A DNA stretch of 64,000 nucleotides from Octopus sinensis (GCF_006345805.1 NC_043021.1:27962001-28026000); one strand, 5' to 3'. Shown: positions 1 through 12,529, numbered from the stretch's first letter. Made by a program: numbers and translations. The notes: generated from the letters alone by a model not told the origin.

Positions 1-20
1 GAAGGAACACAAGAGTTGAT

Positions 21-29
21 ATGTGTGTG

Positions 30-71
<42 letters not shown>

Positions 72-147
72 AATATATATGTCTATATGAATATATATAT
101 ATATGTCTATATGAATATATATTATATATATATTATATATATATATT

Positions 148-200
<53 letters not shown>
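21..200. repeat. (TA)n microsatellite
   Basis: Interrupted TA dinucleotide run; source of the YIYI ORF artefacts. Confidence 0.95.
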
Positions 201-878
201 TCAAAATTCGGGGATAGTAAAAAACGACATAGTACAGGGCTAAGTAAATTAGTTTGGCGTCTTAAAGATAACAATATAATTTTCAAGTTAGATTGGTTCA
301 TACTGTCTGTATCCTTTCCTTTTGATAAGGGCAGGAGATTTTGTAACATTTGTAACTCTGAACTCTTCCATATTCTTTTCTCTAAGGTTCCCCTAGTAAA
401 CACACTCATAGAAAAATCATACAAATGTAAGCACTGGCAGAAACACACTTTCTACTCATATAAATGATAACGATAGTCACTGTGGTTTGAACAATTAGCT
501 TTACGTCCACCCCACTGCTATAGAGAAATTCTTTCCTAAGCCTTCGAACATTCTTTCAATCAACGTACCCTTCCCTCTCCACTTGTTTCCTACCTATTAT
601 TCCTTTATCCCTTCTCTTCCTACTATCTATCCTTGACGTCAATGCTTCTAACGGTTTTTTAAAAAAACACTCATTATCGCTTTGTTTACCATGTAGGCAA
701 TCATCGAAATTTTTGTTTATCTTGTTGTCGAGAGAGGCTCCCTTTCTTTCCTAATGAGAAGATTGCATAATGCACCCTTTATTCCTTTGGAATGAAAACA
801 TGCTGTCTTCGAAACATATGTCGAGAGTAAAGGAATTTTGTTAACATCTTCGTTCGACTCCATTCTTTCATTTATTCA
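200..878 (+). mobile_element. Penelope-like element 3' fragment (GIY-YIG C-terminus plus 3' UTR/pLTR)
   Basis: Frame 200-467 reads SKFGDSKKRHSTGLSKLVWRLKDNN...FCNICNSELFHIL...KCKH, matching the recalled PLE endonuclease C-terminal pattern (S.ELSKYIW.LK...CNLC..E..I...KCRH). A hammerhead fold follows; (TA)n lies on both sides. Confidence 0.8.
741..833 (+). ncRNA. Type I hammerhead ribozyme motif, G5A (probably inactive)
   Basis: Stem I cctttctttc/gagagtaaagg; core CTAATGA (751-757); stem II gaaga/tcttc; GAAA 811-814; palindromic stem III acatatgt; C17. Confidence 0.75.
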
Positions 879-1413
879 TATATATATATATATATATCAA
901 GAGAGAGAGAGAGAAAGAGAGTGAGTGATGCAAATAAACAAATAAAACCTCTTGTGTTAGATATACAAAATAAATATACAGGTATACATGTAAGTAGAGA
1001 GAAAGCAAAGAATCATCAAGTATGAATATATGGATGTTTATATATCAACAGAGCAAACTTACACTGATTACAAAGACGCAGAAATTCATGGGAGAGAAGT
1101 TCTGTCAGAAACGCGACAACTGTTTCTGGAGGCTCGGATTTAGATCGTAATTTTAGCAGATGAGCGTATGTTCTCTGACTCTGTATATTCATTCTTTTCA
1201 TATCATTTATTCTTTTAACAGATGTCAGTCATTGGACTGTGGTCATCTCATGTTGAGACAGTCTTCTAGGGTAGAATTTCAATATATTGATCTTAACAGA
1301 TATCGAATTTATCAATATCCACCAGATGAATAAACTCCTCAACATACAGATTCGCACATTCACACACGCACACATTTACACGAACAGCTCACTTGTACAT
1401 AAGCCACACAAGA

Positions 1414-1453
<40 letters not shown>

Positions 1454-2672
1454 TTGTGTCTGTGCATCTGCGTGTATCTGTGCGTTTGCATGAGAATGAG
1501 GCAGATGTTAAAGACTGGGAGGGAGGAATAATATAGTGTAAGAGAATGGGAGATGGACAGAGAGGGAGATGAGGAGAAAATACGGGAGGGGAGTTAAAGA
1601 AGGGAAGGAGAATAGACCATGCGAAAGAGGAAGAGGTGGGAGAAAATGAGATGAACGAGTGGTTTAGAGATCAAAGGACAATTGAGAATTGCTATGGCGT
1701 CGTTGAATATCAAGGACGGCAGATATAGCTCGTATTAAAACCTCGTTAATATTTTGGTTGCTGGCGTTTTGTAATCTCTAGGAAAGAAACAAGGAAAAGC
1801 AAAAGAAATATCGAAGCACAACAATTACATCCCCCACTTCAATCTCACCGCCAACAATAACAGCAACATCAACAAGAAAATCGCTGTGACGAAAATCAAC
1901 ATTTAAACATTGTAAAGGCAACATCAACATCATGTTTATTGTCAACAACGATGATGAAAAGGAACAAATAAAAACAGCCTTGACGGGTTCTCAGTCGTGT
2001 TACTTTCAAGTCGTACCTTATTAGAAGAAGCGGAAAGACATATTTGACCATAAAGTGCAATTAATTTTGCGTTACGGAAACTCTTGTTACGAAATTTCGC
2101 ACTTACACAATGTGTATATTATTACCACTATATTCGGAAAGAGGCCAGTAGTGTACTCAAATAAACTCAAATTCATTATGTATATGTTTCTGTTGAATCG
2201 ACTACGATTTGTTACGTCTGCTCATTTCATTTCCGTTTATTCGTGCACTAATTCAACTGATTTCGTTTTTCATGGGTGTCCATCATCAGTACCTATCCGA
2301 AACCTCGTGTTCGCTCTTACATTAATATAAATGATCTAGGTCATATTATTCACTTTAACGAGGCAGTACTTCCCCCTATCGACTTCATCGTCGTATTTAT
2401 ATTTATGTGTCCGAAATAATAAAATCACTAATTTTTACCAATAGTAACGTCCATTACTTTCCCCGGATTGTACAGCTTTACAATTTGTTGTGAACTCAGT
2501 CTGGTACGTTACCTTTCAATTTAACTTCTAACGCGTAAAAGGCAGGGATCCGTATTCATGCTGACTGAGAAAAGACCATTAACTAAACGTGAATGCAGTT
2601 GAGTAAAAAAAAAATGATTTGTAAAATATTATTTTGAACGTTAAACTTGTTATTTTGCAGTGGATTGATGTG

Positions 2673-3140
2673 GAAGAAAAGTTCACCGATATTGTAAAAA
2701 CATTAAAGTCTGCAACGTCTACTATAAAAGCTATACGAAATAATGGTGATAAAATTAAGTCGACTGCTTAATTATTTAATCTGTTTAATGCCCGATCTCA
2801 AATGTTCATTAAAATCGAATAGCTTTTCGTCGATCACTGGATGCAATAATTTATCGTTATTCAAGAGAATACAAAAAAATCGTATGATGATTGCAAAAAG
2901 GGTTTGGCGAAATTTCTAAATATGTTTGCTGCTAAAAGATTGGTAGGGTACAAGTTTTAAGAGAAACCTTAATTTTCACAACGTTAAAATGACCAACGTT
3001 AGCAATCCCTTTACCAGAGCAGCAGGCTCTGATAAATGGATTGCTAATAGATATCTTTAGGAAATGGAGAAAAATATGACTGAAGGAAGAAGCTGTTGAA
3101 CATAATAAATATGGAAGTGCATGCCGTTTTGTTTTTAGCG
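2673..3140 (+). mobile_element. Decayed Tigger/pogo (CENP-B-like) transposase fragment
   Basis: Broken frames give EEKFTDIVKTLKSATSTIKAIRNNGDKIK (HTH-like) and FKRNLNFHNVKMT (2956-2994), typical of Tigger transposases. Confidence 0.6.
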
Positions 3141-4084
3141 AGAAACATACTTCCGAATATATTTCGCTTGGAGCAGTTTATGTAAATGTATGTACTATGC
3201 TCATTTAAAGTGTCTTTTCATGCATAAAAGTGGTTATATATTTGTGTTTCTATAAAATTTCATATATGTACATAAATGTCCGAAGGGAATTAAGTTTTGC
3301 CTCAGAGAATTTCACATTGCAGCATAATATGCGGAAAACAGAATACAGAGATGCGCTTAGTAGATAAATATGATCACATATTTTAATTTCGCTAAAGTCT
3401 ACGATAATCCACTACCCACAATGTGTTGTTAACAACGAACAACCCAGGGTTAAATTCGGTTTCAATGAGTCTCATGAACCCCTTAGATAATACGGAGCGA
3501 TATATTGAGACACCAACCTTTAGTAGATGGGTATCGCATTAACTCTGTCGAGTCACGTCTTACTCAAGCTTCATGACCAAGTATCACGTTTCTATACTCC
3601 TCTACCTCATTCGAAGGAACACACATTGTGCAACTCATCGTTTAGAGCTTTTCCAGGTGTTCTTTTTTTTTAGCACCTGGCGGAAGGCTTCATCCACTTT
3701 TGGGGGCAAGGTTGAAATATACAGCGTCCTTTCTTACCTGCCTTGGACATATTCCTCTGGCAATGAGGCTCTGTTCTTTGTAACTAATGTCTCCCATATT
3801 CTTTTCTTTTATATTCCAGGGTCCGACTAATCAAACATATTTGTCTGATTAAAAATAATTGTAACGCTGTAAATTACCGTGACTAATGATAATGGAAATG
3901 TCATTTTTTGATTTGTTTGTGACTGTCATGTCTAATTTCTAAAATACATCATTTTCTTCATTCTGTTTACCGTTTATTTGAAAATGTACATAGAAAAATC
4001 TGCTACCATGCTTATAGTTTTATAATTCTCTATGATATCAAAGCAGAAGTAACATAGATATCTAAAAGTGATCTTTTTCTCCAG

Positions 4085-4255
4085 GTAATGATAGGCAGCA
4101 GCGTTTCAGTGTCTTATGCTTAAAAATGGCTTCAAATTTTGGTAAAGGGGTCATCAGTCTTTGAGAGAAAGAGGACGTCAATTACATCAAGTCCAAGACT
4201 TGACTGTTACTTTCCCGGAAGGATGAAAGGAAAAGTTGAGCTCGGTGGAATTTCC
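4085..4255 (+). mobile_element. Decayed SINE 3' half
   Basis: Contains ggatgaaaggaaaagttgagctcggtggaattt, homologous to the SINE segments at 10612-10645 and 60616-60650. Confidence 0.6.
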
Positions 4256-4358
4256 TAGGTTTCAATAATGGAACAAGAAAAATAAAAATGAAAAACAGTT
4301 TTCTTCATCAAAAAGTGTTACAAATAACATTCGCAGAACTATTGCGAGTGACGCCCAA

Positions 4359-4660
4359 TAATGATGATAATGATGATAATGATGATAATGATGATAATGA
4401 CGATAATGATGATAATGATGATGCAGCAGTTGCTGCTGCTGCTGCTGCTGAAGATGACGATAATGATGATGATGGCGGCGGTGACGATGATGATTGCACA
4501 GATGGTGGTGGGGATGATGATGATGATGAGATTCATGATGATGAGGATGAGGATGACTCTGAGAATGACGATGACAATAATTTCGACTGCTGCTGTTGCT
4601 GTCGTGCTTTTGCTGCTGAAGATGACGGTAACGATGATGATGATGATGATGATGATGATA
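4359..4660. repeat. Compound trinucleotide repeat (GAT/AAT/GCT)
   Basis: Runs of gataat, gct and gat; produces poly-D/M/I/S ORFs in several frames. Confidence 0.9.
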
Positions 4661-6299
4661 GTAACATTAGTACACGGTGAAATGTAATTCAATTAATAGC
4701 GCTGAACGGAGCCGATATTTTGGAGTCAGTGACATTTGCTTGTCGTTCTAAGCCGCTTCACTTTGGCAAATATTTACTGATTCAGAGGTTATGAAAGAAA
4801 TTTAATATAAATAAACAAATAGCACGTTAAAACAAAAAATAAATTAAGAAAAAGACACATAAACAAATATAAATGCAAATACTTAAAAAACAAAAACACT
4901 TTTTACAAAAATTCTATCAAACAAATTGAAAACGATTAAAAAAAATTTTAAACAATCTAAAAAAATGATAAACGAGATGTAACAAATATGATTATGCTAT
5001 AATTAATATTATTATCGTTTTAATGAAAATTAATTCATAAGATGTTATTCACATTTTTATTTGTCATAGCTTTGGAGTTAAATTCGCTGCGATAAAGCAC
5101 GTGCTTCCACGTTCGATGTCATCACATCATATATTACTTCGTGTATATGTTTATTTCTGTAGTCTCGTGTCAACCACATAGCAGGAATTCGCGGGTCTGA
5201 AACAATTTCTAATTTTTTCATGTATACACAATCCCTCTCACAGTCACATGCATCTACACAGAGTCACCCCCCTAAATATATACAGTGTTTAACAGCTGAC
5301 GACTCACAATTTTCATTTCTTTTTACATTTAAACCTTTAGAAATCCCGAAGGAATGCAAAACTAGTCCTTGAACAAAGGAATTTTGTCCCAAAGCAATAT
5401 TAGAAGTTTGAGAACGTAGTAGAAGTGCATAAATGGTTTAGAATACAGTTTCAAATAGAATCAACAATGCAGCTTAGAATCAGTTGAAGTAGAGGTAAAT
5501 CTGAAGCAGGTGTAACTGCTCAGAATGTCCATAAGAAATGTTTCGGAATACCAGGGATATTAACAGGGCCTCTCAAAGCGAAGAAAGGATACTAGAACCG
5601 TATTGCCAGTGCTGAAGAAAAATCTGTGCAGACCGTCGTGATAGGGGCTCGAAAATCATGCGACCATCGTATTTTGAAGCGCTACCATTGGAAAAGTTAC
5701 GTTCCAACAATAGTGCATCCCCTAAATGGAAATGACCGGGATGGAATGGTGGAATTTTATAAATGGTATTTGGCAAGATGTGGAGAAGATGCACATTTAC
5801 AAGATGTGGAGAACGTAATATGAAATGATGACGCTACATTAAAATTAAATTGACCCATGACGTTAAAATTAAATTAAATTTATCACCGAGTGGAAGACCA
5901 GAGGATCTGCGTATTATTTGGGGACATCATGATAAATTACAGGAAGTTACAGTATGGTGAGCTTTATCATTTGAAGGATTAATAGGATCGTTCACTTTTG
6001 ACGGTGCTGTAAAACGTCCCATTTACTTCTAGTTACTGTCTCAATCAGTCACACCAAATATTCACGAGGACTTTGGAGATGTAGAACTACATTGCTAGCA
6101 AGATATAGGGACCTTAAACTAACATTGTAATGTTATGACATAAAATGATGACATTTTACCAAACAGGGTGGATATGAAGAACATAACTAGTAGAATAGCC
6201 TTCCAGATCTGCAGACCGCTCAACACTGGAATACTGAAAAGACAATGTTTACAGTATAAAAGCGTCAGCAGTCGACGAACTTAAGTCAACTACTTACTT

Positions 6300-6785
6300 G
6301 TATTTGTGGCGACATTCACCCTGGGCGGGTTGAGTCGGCTTCTTCCACCACCCTCGAGGCATTGTATTCGCCATTAATAATTCATGGAAGAAGTTTCGTG
6401 GGAATATGTGGAGTTGACAAGCGGTCCTCAACAATCCCGCATGTTGAGACATCCTGTTTGCCGCAGATTGTCCGCAGACGCACGCACAGAACGACCGAGA
6501 AACCGCCGGTTGCCGAAACAGACACTCCGAGGATTTTCCCCAGAGACCCGTCTGCCGGGTTGTGGCCCTAATACCACTTGGTGTCAGACCAATCCGCCTT
6601 GGGTGGCCTTACCAGGAACCGAAGTTCCCGACGGCATAGCTCTGACACTACCCGTTGCCAGCGTCTCCACCACGGTGAGGAGGCGATGGACTTTAGGGAC
6701 GCAAGACAACCTTTCAACGAGAATTCTCAGAAATACCGAACGAAACGTTTCGTGATGTTACGATTCTAGTGCTTCGCATTATGAC
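6300..6785 (+). mobile_element. GC-rich insertion containing an RTE-type LINE 5' UTR segment
   Basis: ccaatccgccttgggtggccttaccaggaaccgaagttcccgacggcatagctct...ctccaccacggtgaggaggcgat resembles recalled RTE-clade 5' UTRs; it splits the Tc1 fossil. Confidence 0.5.
6557..6648 (+). ncRNA. Candidate HDV-like ribozyme (degenerate)
   Basis: P2 gtgtcaga/tctgacac (8 bp), P3 ccaa/ttgg, P4 ggaac-cgaa-gttcc, and a C at 6635 in J4/2. P1 forms only via several G-U pairs and P1.1 is not evident. Confidence 0.45.
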
Positions 6786-6909
6786 CAGGGGCTGAATGGC
6801 AGGGGTCAATATTTTGAAAAGAGAAATTCAAATGCTGTACAATTGTCTCTCTGTATTCTATTGACATTTGAAAGTGAAAGGCATCTTAAATATCGAAACA
6901 CATAAATTA

Positions 6910-6985
6910 TATGCATGTATGTATGTATGTATGTATGTATGTATGTATGTATGTATGTATGTATGTATGTATGTATGTATGGATG
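6910..6985. repeat. (TATG)n microsatellite
   Basis: Direct reading. Confidence 0.95.
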
Positions 6986-7089
6986 GATGGATGTATATAT
7001 GTATTTATGTGTGTGTACGTATGCGTGTTTTTGTGTATGTATTTATTTGTGGATAGATTTGGCAGTCTGAAACCGAAAGACGCCCGTCG

Positions 7090-7155
<66 letters not shown>

Positions 7156-7375
7156 ATACATATATATACACATATATACCATATATACATACATATATAT
7201 ACACATATATGTGTATGTATATATTTTCAGCAAAACAATTTAGATTCAAATGAATATGGTACTTAACTTAGATGCACCAGAATATTTTTTTATGGTATTA
7301 CCCATAAAATTATGTGGGGTGATTATAACCAAAACTAAGCAACAAGAATGGATCGGTAGTTTAGTACAATTGTTT

Positions 7376-7824
7376 CATACTATAACAATTTATTAAAGTT
7401 GCAAATATTACAGCAAATATAATGTCAAGTAATCTTCTGCTAAATTTCATATAGGTTTTCCAAACATCTTGAAGAGTGTAAATATACTCATAAAGTTATA
7501 GATGTGAGCTCCAGGAACTTGAAGCAAGATTCCAAGCAGACCATATATGCTTTCCAACAATACAAAGTTCTTAAATTCATTAGTGACATCCCAGAGAAGG
7601 TAAATATACTCATAAAGATGTGGATATAAATTTTAGGAAACATCAAGAAAGATGCCAATCAGACCACGATTAAGTTCGCATCTAACAGTTGCAAACAAAT
7701 TTCTATAACTTTATAAGTATATTTACACTCTCTAAGATGTTTGGAAAACCTATATGAAATTTAGCTGAAGATTACTTGACATTATATTTGCTGTAATATT
7801 TGCAGCTTTAATAAATTGGTTATG

Positions 7825-7828
<4 letters not shown>
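7376..7828. mobile_element. MITE-like / fold-back element with ~125-bp inverted arms
   Basis: 7376-7502 is the near reverse complement of 7702-7828; non-coding ~200-bp centre. Confidence 0.75.
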
Positions 7829-7867
<39 letters not shown>

Positions 7868-7870
<3 letters not shown>

Positions 7871-7985
7871 CCTGCTCGCTTAGCCACCGGGGTGGCGTCA
7901 TTTGAAGGCTAAAACAATGTGAAGCGCATTGTGACCAGCGATGTGTAGCAACATCTGATAGCCTGGTCGGTCACGGTGATCACGG
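7868..7985 (+). mobile_element. SINE 3' fragment
   Basis: ggcctgctcgcttagcc...ggctaaaacaatgtgaagcgcattgtgaccagcg...ggtcacggtgat tail, recalled as an octopus SINE end, set between TA runs. Confidence 0.5.
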
Positions 7986-7987
7986 TG

Positions 7988-8029
<42 letters not shown>

Positions 8030-8030
8030 T

Positions 8031-8064
<34 letters not shown>

Positions 8065-8483
8065 GTCTATATATATGCATATATGTATGTATATATATAC
8101 ATATGCATATTTGTATATATATATATATATATATATACATTATGATTTAGAGGTTATGCAACCGTCTAAAGGATAAATGTACCCGTAATACAGAGAGAGA
8201 GAGAGAGTCAGAGAGAAAGAGAGAGAAAGAGAGAGACAGTAGGGGAGATAGACTTGTTTATGTATCTGAATATATGTGTGTGTATGTGTATATATATATT
8301 AACAAGCCAAAATCGATGGTTTGTACTTTTACCTTATATTATCTCCCATAACTTTCACTGTTTCGGTACACACACACACACATACATTCCACCCCCACGT
8401 ATATATACATCTTTATATCTAAATTTCTCTATATATGTATCTGTATGTATACAAACATAGATACATACATACATACATACATA

Positions 8484-8563
<80 letters not shown>

Positions 8564-9024
8564 CATGTTATATATATATAACATGTATATATGCATATCG
8601 ATGTATATGTGTGTGTGCGTGTGTGTTAAACTATTTTAAGTGCAATGTGCACAGACCAAAATATGTCAACGATGATTAATAAATGTACATCATTTTCACT
8701 AGTTTATCTCCTCAATAGCTATGCGGCTAAATGTATTTAATAATTAATAAGATGAAGTTGATACGAGGTGTCGATGTCCTATCTGCTCTAATTCTGCAGA
8801 CTGAATCGTTAAAGTGATCTATCGAAATTGTACTCAACAACATAAAATGTTCTACATTTTTTTCCTGTTTTTTTTTTCATCTTTACTGCTTTCAGTCATC
8901 GGATAGCTGGCATGCGTGTGAGTGGTATTTTGAGTGTTAGACAGACGGATACGTCACGTGGGTTACGTATATGAGTCTGGTGTTCATAACGCTCTTCTCT
9001 CATCTGATCTTTTCTCTATGACTC

Positions 9025-9060
<36 letters not shown>

Positions 9061-9065
<5 letters not shown>

Positions 9066-9330
9066 TATAAGTAAGGGCACAAGAAAAGATTTCTAATGCC
9101 AAAATATGCCGAAAATAGACTCAACGTCAGTAACCATTATAATTCATTACTACAAGCATGCGTTTCGAAGAAAGCCGACAGAAATTTCTAAAAAATCCCG
9201 TTACCATATCGGACCTGATTTCAAAGTTAGTTCATAAGAACCTTTCCTTCATCAGTGATAAATGCGGTAAAGAAATAAGTGAAATACTTACTTACACCCA
9301 TGGAAGAAGCGAACACTAAGTCATGAGCAC
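9061..9330 (-). mobile_element. PLE pLTR-type repeat with hammerhead
   Basis: Its terminus abuts (TA)n and is homologous to 30240-30330 (gcacaagaaaagatttctaatgccaaaatatgccgaaaatagact vs gcaaaagaaaattatttctacgccaatatgccgataacagact). Confidence 0.6.
9207..9260 (-). ncRNA. Type I hammerhead motif, decayed stems
   Basis: tatca CTGATGA agg..gttc-ttat-gaac..ttt GAAA tcagg TC cgata. The core is intact; stem I has a mismatch next to the core. Confidence 0.65.
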
Positions 9331-9523
9331 AACTAAGTACCGCAAATACATCCAAAATAGAAACTCTCTCGCACACCTCGAGACACGAGTGTGTGTGTAT
9401 ATATATACCTATAAAAAAATATATATGTGTATATGTATATATATGTAAATATATATATATATGTATACACATATACATATAGATACGTGTCTATGCATAT
9501 GCGTGTGGGTATCTATCTATCTA

Positions 9524-9567
<44 letters not shown>

Positions 9568-9589
9568 TCTGTGTTTTTAAACATGTACG

Positions 9590-9770
9590 TACGTACGTAT
9601 GTATGAATGTATGTATGTATGTATGTACGTACGTATGTATGTATGTATGTATGTATGTATGAATGTATGTATGTATGTATGTATGTATGTACGTACGTAT
9701 GTATGTATGTATGTATTTACGTACGTACGTACGTATGTATGTATGTATGTATGTATGTATGTATGTATGT
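9590..9770. repeat. (TATG/TACG)n microsatellite
   Basis: Direct reading. Confidence 0.95.
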
Positions 9771-10524
9771 TTGACTTACTGACTTCAAGCTTCACGGTCC
9801 TACATGTTGTTTTACAACGTGATCCATGAAAGTAGAAAGCCTCAGCGACTCTTTCAATCGAAGTACAGAAATGTTATTTCGCTCCTTCCAACCAGTTTCA
9901 AGATAATGCGTTTTTAACAGTCCTTATCGTATTCTTGGATTTTCATCACTGTATCAACCACGCAGAGCCTTTTTACAGTGTTAGTCAGTACAACGTTACA
10001 CAGTTAGAAATATACATAGTAATGTCCGATTAATTCATATCTTGCAACATACATCCGTCAGCAAATCTTTTAAATTAACGTTCACAACACCAGCATATTT
10101 CTTTCTATACACTCTGTTCAGCGTTTGTTTCAAAACTGTAAAAGAAATATTGAATTATGCCTTCTGAATTTTTCTTGGATTTTCACTTTCTTCACCGTGA
10201 CATTCCTTCAATCGTGTATTTTATAGCATTTAGTACATGTTCCAAATAAATGTTGACTTTCTGTAATCTGTTACATTGGTGACGCATAGTAACTTTTGCT
10301 AACTTGGTGCCTTTTCATTTTTTTATAGCATAAGTATGAAACAGAAAGTATGTTTAGCACCTGTGTTCACTACACTAAGTAATTTTTGCTAAGTTGGCAA
10401 CGTTCCGTTTTTTTATAACTATCGTACACAACGTATATTTGGCACCCGTATTGACTACATGTCATTTCGCTTAAACCTCGTGTGTGTACGTTTTGCTCTT
10501 TGCAATATTCTTTTCTAATCTAGA

Positions 10525-10730
10525 CACAAGGATCGAAATTTTGGAGGAGGGGGGCCAGTCAATTAGATCGACCCCAGTACGCAACTGGTACTTAATTTAC
10601 CAACCGCGAAAGGATGAAAGGCAAAGTTGACCTCGGCGGAATTTCAATTCAGAACGTAAAGACAGATGAAATATCGCTAAGCATTTCACCCGGCATTTTA
10701 ACGATTCTGCCAGCTCATCCTCTTTGCTGT
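10525..10730 (+). mobile_element. SINE 3' half
   Basis: gatcgaccccagtacgcaactggtac...gaaaggatgaaaggcaaagttgacctcggcggaattt...gattctgccagctc; repeated at 60570-60725. Confidence 0.75.
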
Positions 10731-10779
10731 TTTCAATATCAGTTCTATGAGAGGTTTGTGCGTAAAGAACATTTTACAC

Positions 10780-11085
10780 TGTTTTAATGAGCCCAGATCT
10801 AACGGAGTAGCCCTCCTTAGGGCTGGTGATCCTATTGAAAATCATGACATTCTCATTCGTGCTTGAGATAGCAATCTCAAACGTGTTTCTCAGACTCACC
10901 CCTCTTATGATGCTCTCCAGTATCCTCTTAATCTGTGGAATGGACAAGATGGGTATCATTTCAATATTCCACGGATTGAACGTGCAACAGGAGAGCCAAT
11001 TACAAACAAAAAGGTGTCGTCAAATGACTTCTATTCTTACCAACTAATGTTAAGACCAGAACAATCAAATCGATTATACTTGTCA
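10780..11085 (+). mobile_element. Helitron Rep/helicase N-terminal fragment (pseudogene)
   Basis: CFNEPRSNGVALLRAGDPIENHDILIRA*DSNLKRVSQTHPSYDALQYPLNLWNGQDGYHFNIP...KKVSSNDFYSYQLMLR; the YDALQYPL..GY and FYSY.LM.R motifs are characteristic of Helitrons. Confidence 0.85.
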
Positions 11086-11109
11086 AATAACCTTTATTTT
11101 CATTCACAC

Positions 11110-11680
11110 ATTTTCTATGTTATCTCAACAACCAGCTATAGTTATTTCAAATACGCTTCTCTACAACCACTACGGTTTCATTAGAAAGTGAAAATAGTTT
11201 CACACTTTCAATCTGAACCAAAATAATAAAGTGTTGGATTACGAGAGTTACGATGTGTGAATAATGAAAGTTATGTTTCTCCGAATTAGCCACATTTGTA
11301 TAATCATTCTACTACGGTAGTAGTTGAATAATATTCTTAAGGCCGCAATTTACTCACAAGCAGCATCTTTCAGAGCTTGTCGCTAACTGAAAGTTGTTAA
11401 CATTTTTGAAGAGGACTTGTCCCTAGCTACATTTTGACATAAAAATTAAAAAAGATTTGATCAAGTAGAAAAAAGTTTACATCAAAGATTGTTGCAACGT
11501 TACAGGAGAGTAAGTAACGCCACCAATCAAGTTTAGATCTAAATAACATTTTTTATTTAAAAAGCAAAATATATTTATCTTAGCTTCAACGATAGAAGAA
11601 AGCATGAAGAATTTCATAGTTTTGGTTCCATGCAACAAAAATTTGTATCCATGAAAAATATAGTGTGTCAATAATTTCAG
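11110..11680 (-). mobile_element. Possible decayed hAT (Charlie/GTF2IRD2-like) transposase
   Basis: Fragmentary frames KFLLH..FFM..KINIFCFL, ALKDAACE*IA and KLFSLSNETV..KRI; heavily degraded. Confidence 0.35.
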
Positions 11681-12529
11681 TAAAGATTTTCTTGTTCTGT
11701 ACTTTAGCTGATGTAATAAGTTGTCCTGAACTTTTCCATGTTTAATTTGTACTGTAACTTTTCAGTTTTATAATCTTAAGTATATTATGTCGCTTGCTTG
11801 CATTTTTCCATGTAATAATAAAGAAAGCTGCTTATTATCTATATATCAAATAAACTGTTTTTGACTCAGCAACTCTTTTTTACAACTAAAATAAGCTCGG
11901 CAACTAGGGTGGGTTGCACAATTTTGAGGTCATAGTCGGACAATATTTCGATTTGCTCCTAATATTTCACTTTCGTCCGATGTTTCACGCATGCTTGGAA
12001 TTCTACTCAGGCAAACATTTATGTAAAAGTACACAAATATTGTATTAAAATAAGCCACACAAAACAGAATTGCATGTAAAGTCATACATTTGTTTGAGGA
12101 AATACTGTCACACAATCCCTCTCTCTCTTTCTCTCACGCACAAAAACGATGTATGCTTATGAATCTATATATATCATATAATGTGTCTGTGAGAGAGACA
12201 GAGAGCGAGTGAGTGCCATTTACACATACAAGCAAAAAATTCATATATCACACCACACACCTGCTCTCACTCTTTCTCTTCCTCTCTCTCTTTTACTTTC
12301 TCCTCTCACTTCAAAACAAATGTCGCCTTTTCACTTTATCCTCTCTTTCAATTTCTGCTCTCTTCAAAGCATAAAGAAATTAAAAAATTTTTACGGAAAT
12401 TAATGAACACTCATATGATCCCATATATGTTGAGTCGACAACTTTGCTTCTTCAAATGAAAGAAGGCCATAAAATAACTTCATTCGACACACACACACAC
12501 ACACACACACACATGCATACACACACTCT

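Larger units (their letters stand above)
5354..6830 (+). mobile_element. Decayed Tc1/mariner-superfamily (Tc3-like) transposase, interrupted at ~6300-6785
   Basis: LEQRNFVPKQY*KFENVVEVHKWFR...QNVHKK.FG.P; HRILKRYHWKSYVPTIVHPLNGNDRDGMVEFYKWYLARC; I*NDDATLKLN (SDEA-like); GILKDNVYSIKASAVDELKS; NGRGQYFE after the insertion. Confidence 0.8.

Noticed and set aside
1040-1185. Candidate exon (either strand)
   Set aside because: The minus strand has a GTAAGT donor and an open frame but a purine-rich acceptor; the plus strand has splice signals but stops in all frames. No recognisable product.
3600-3850. Minus-strand CAG|GTAAGA donor suggesting a host exon
   Set aside because: The best acceptor gives stops in all frames. 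Another frame reads through the donor, more like a decayed TE ORF.
4288-4692. Acidic poly-D/A ORF and overlapping ORFs
   Set aside because: Trinucleotide repeat open in several frames on both strands; no splice or homology support.
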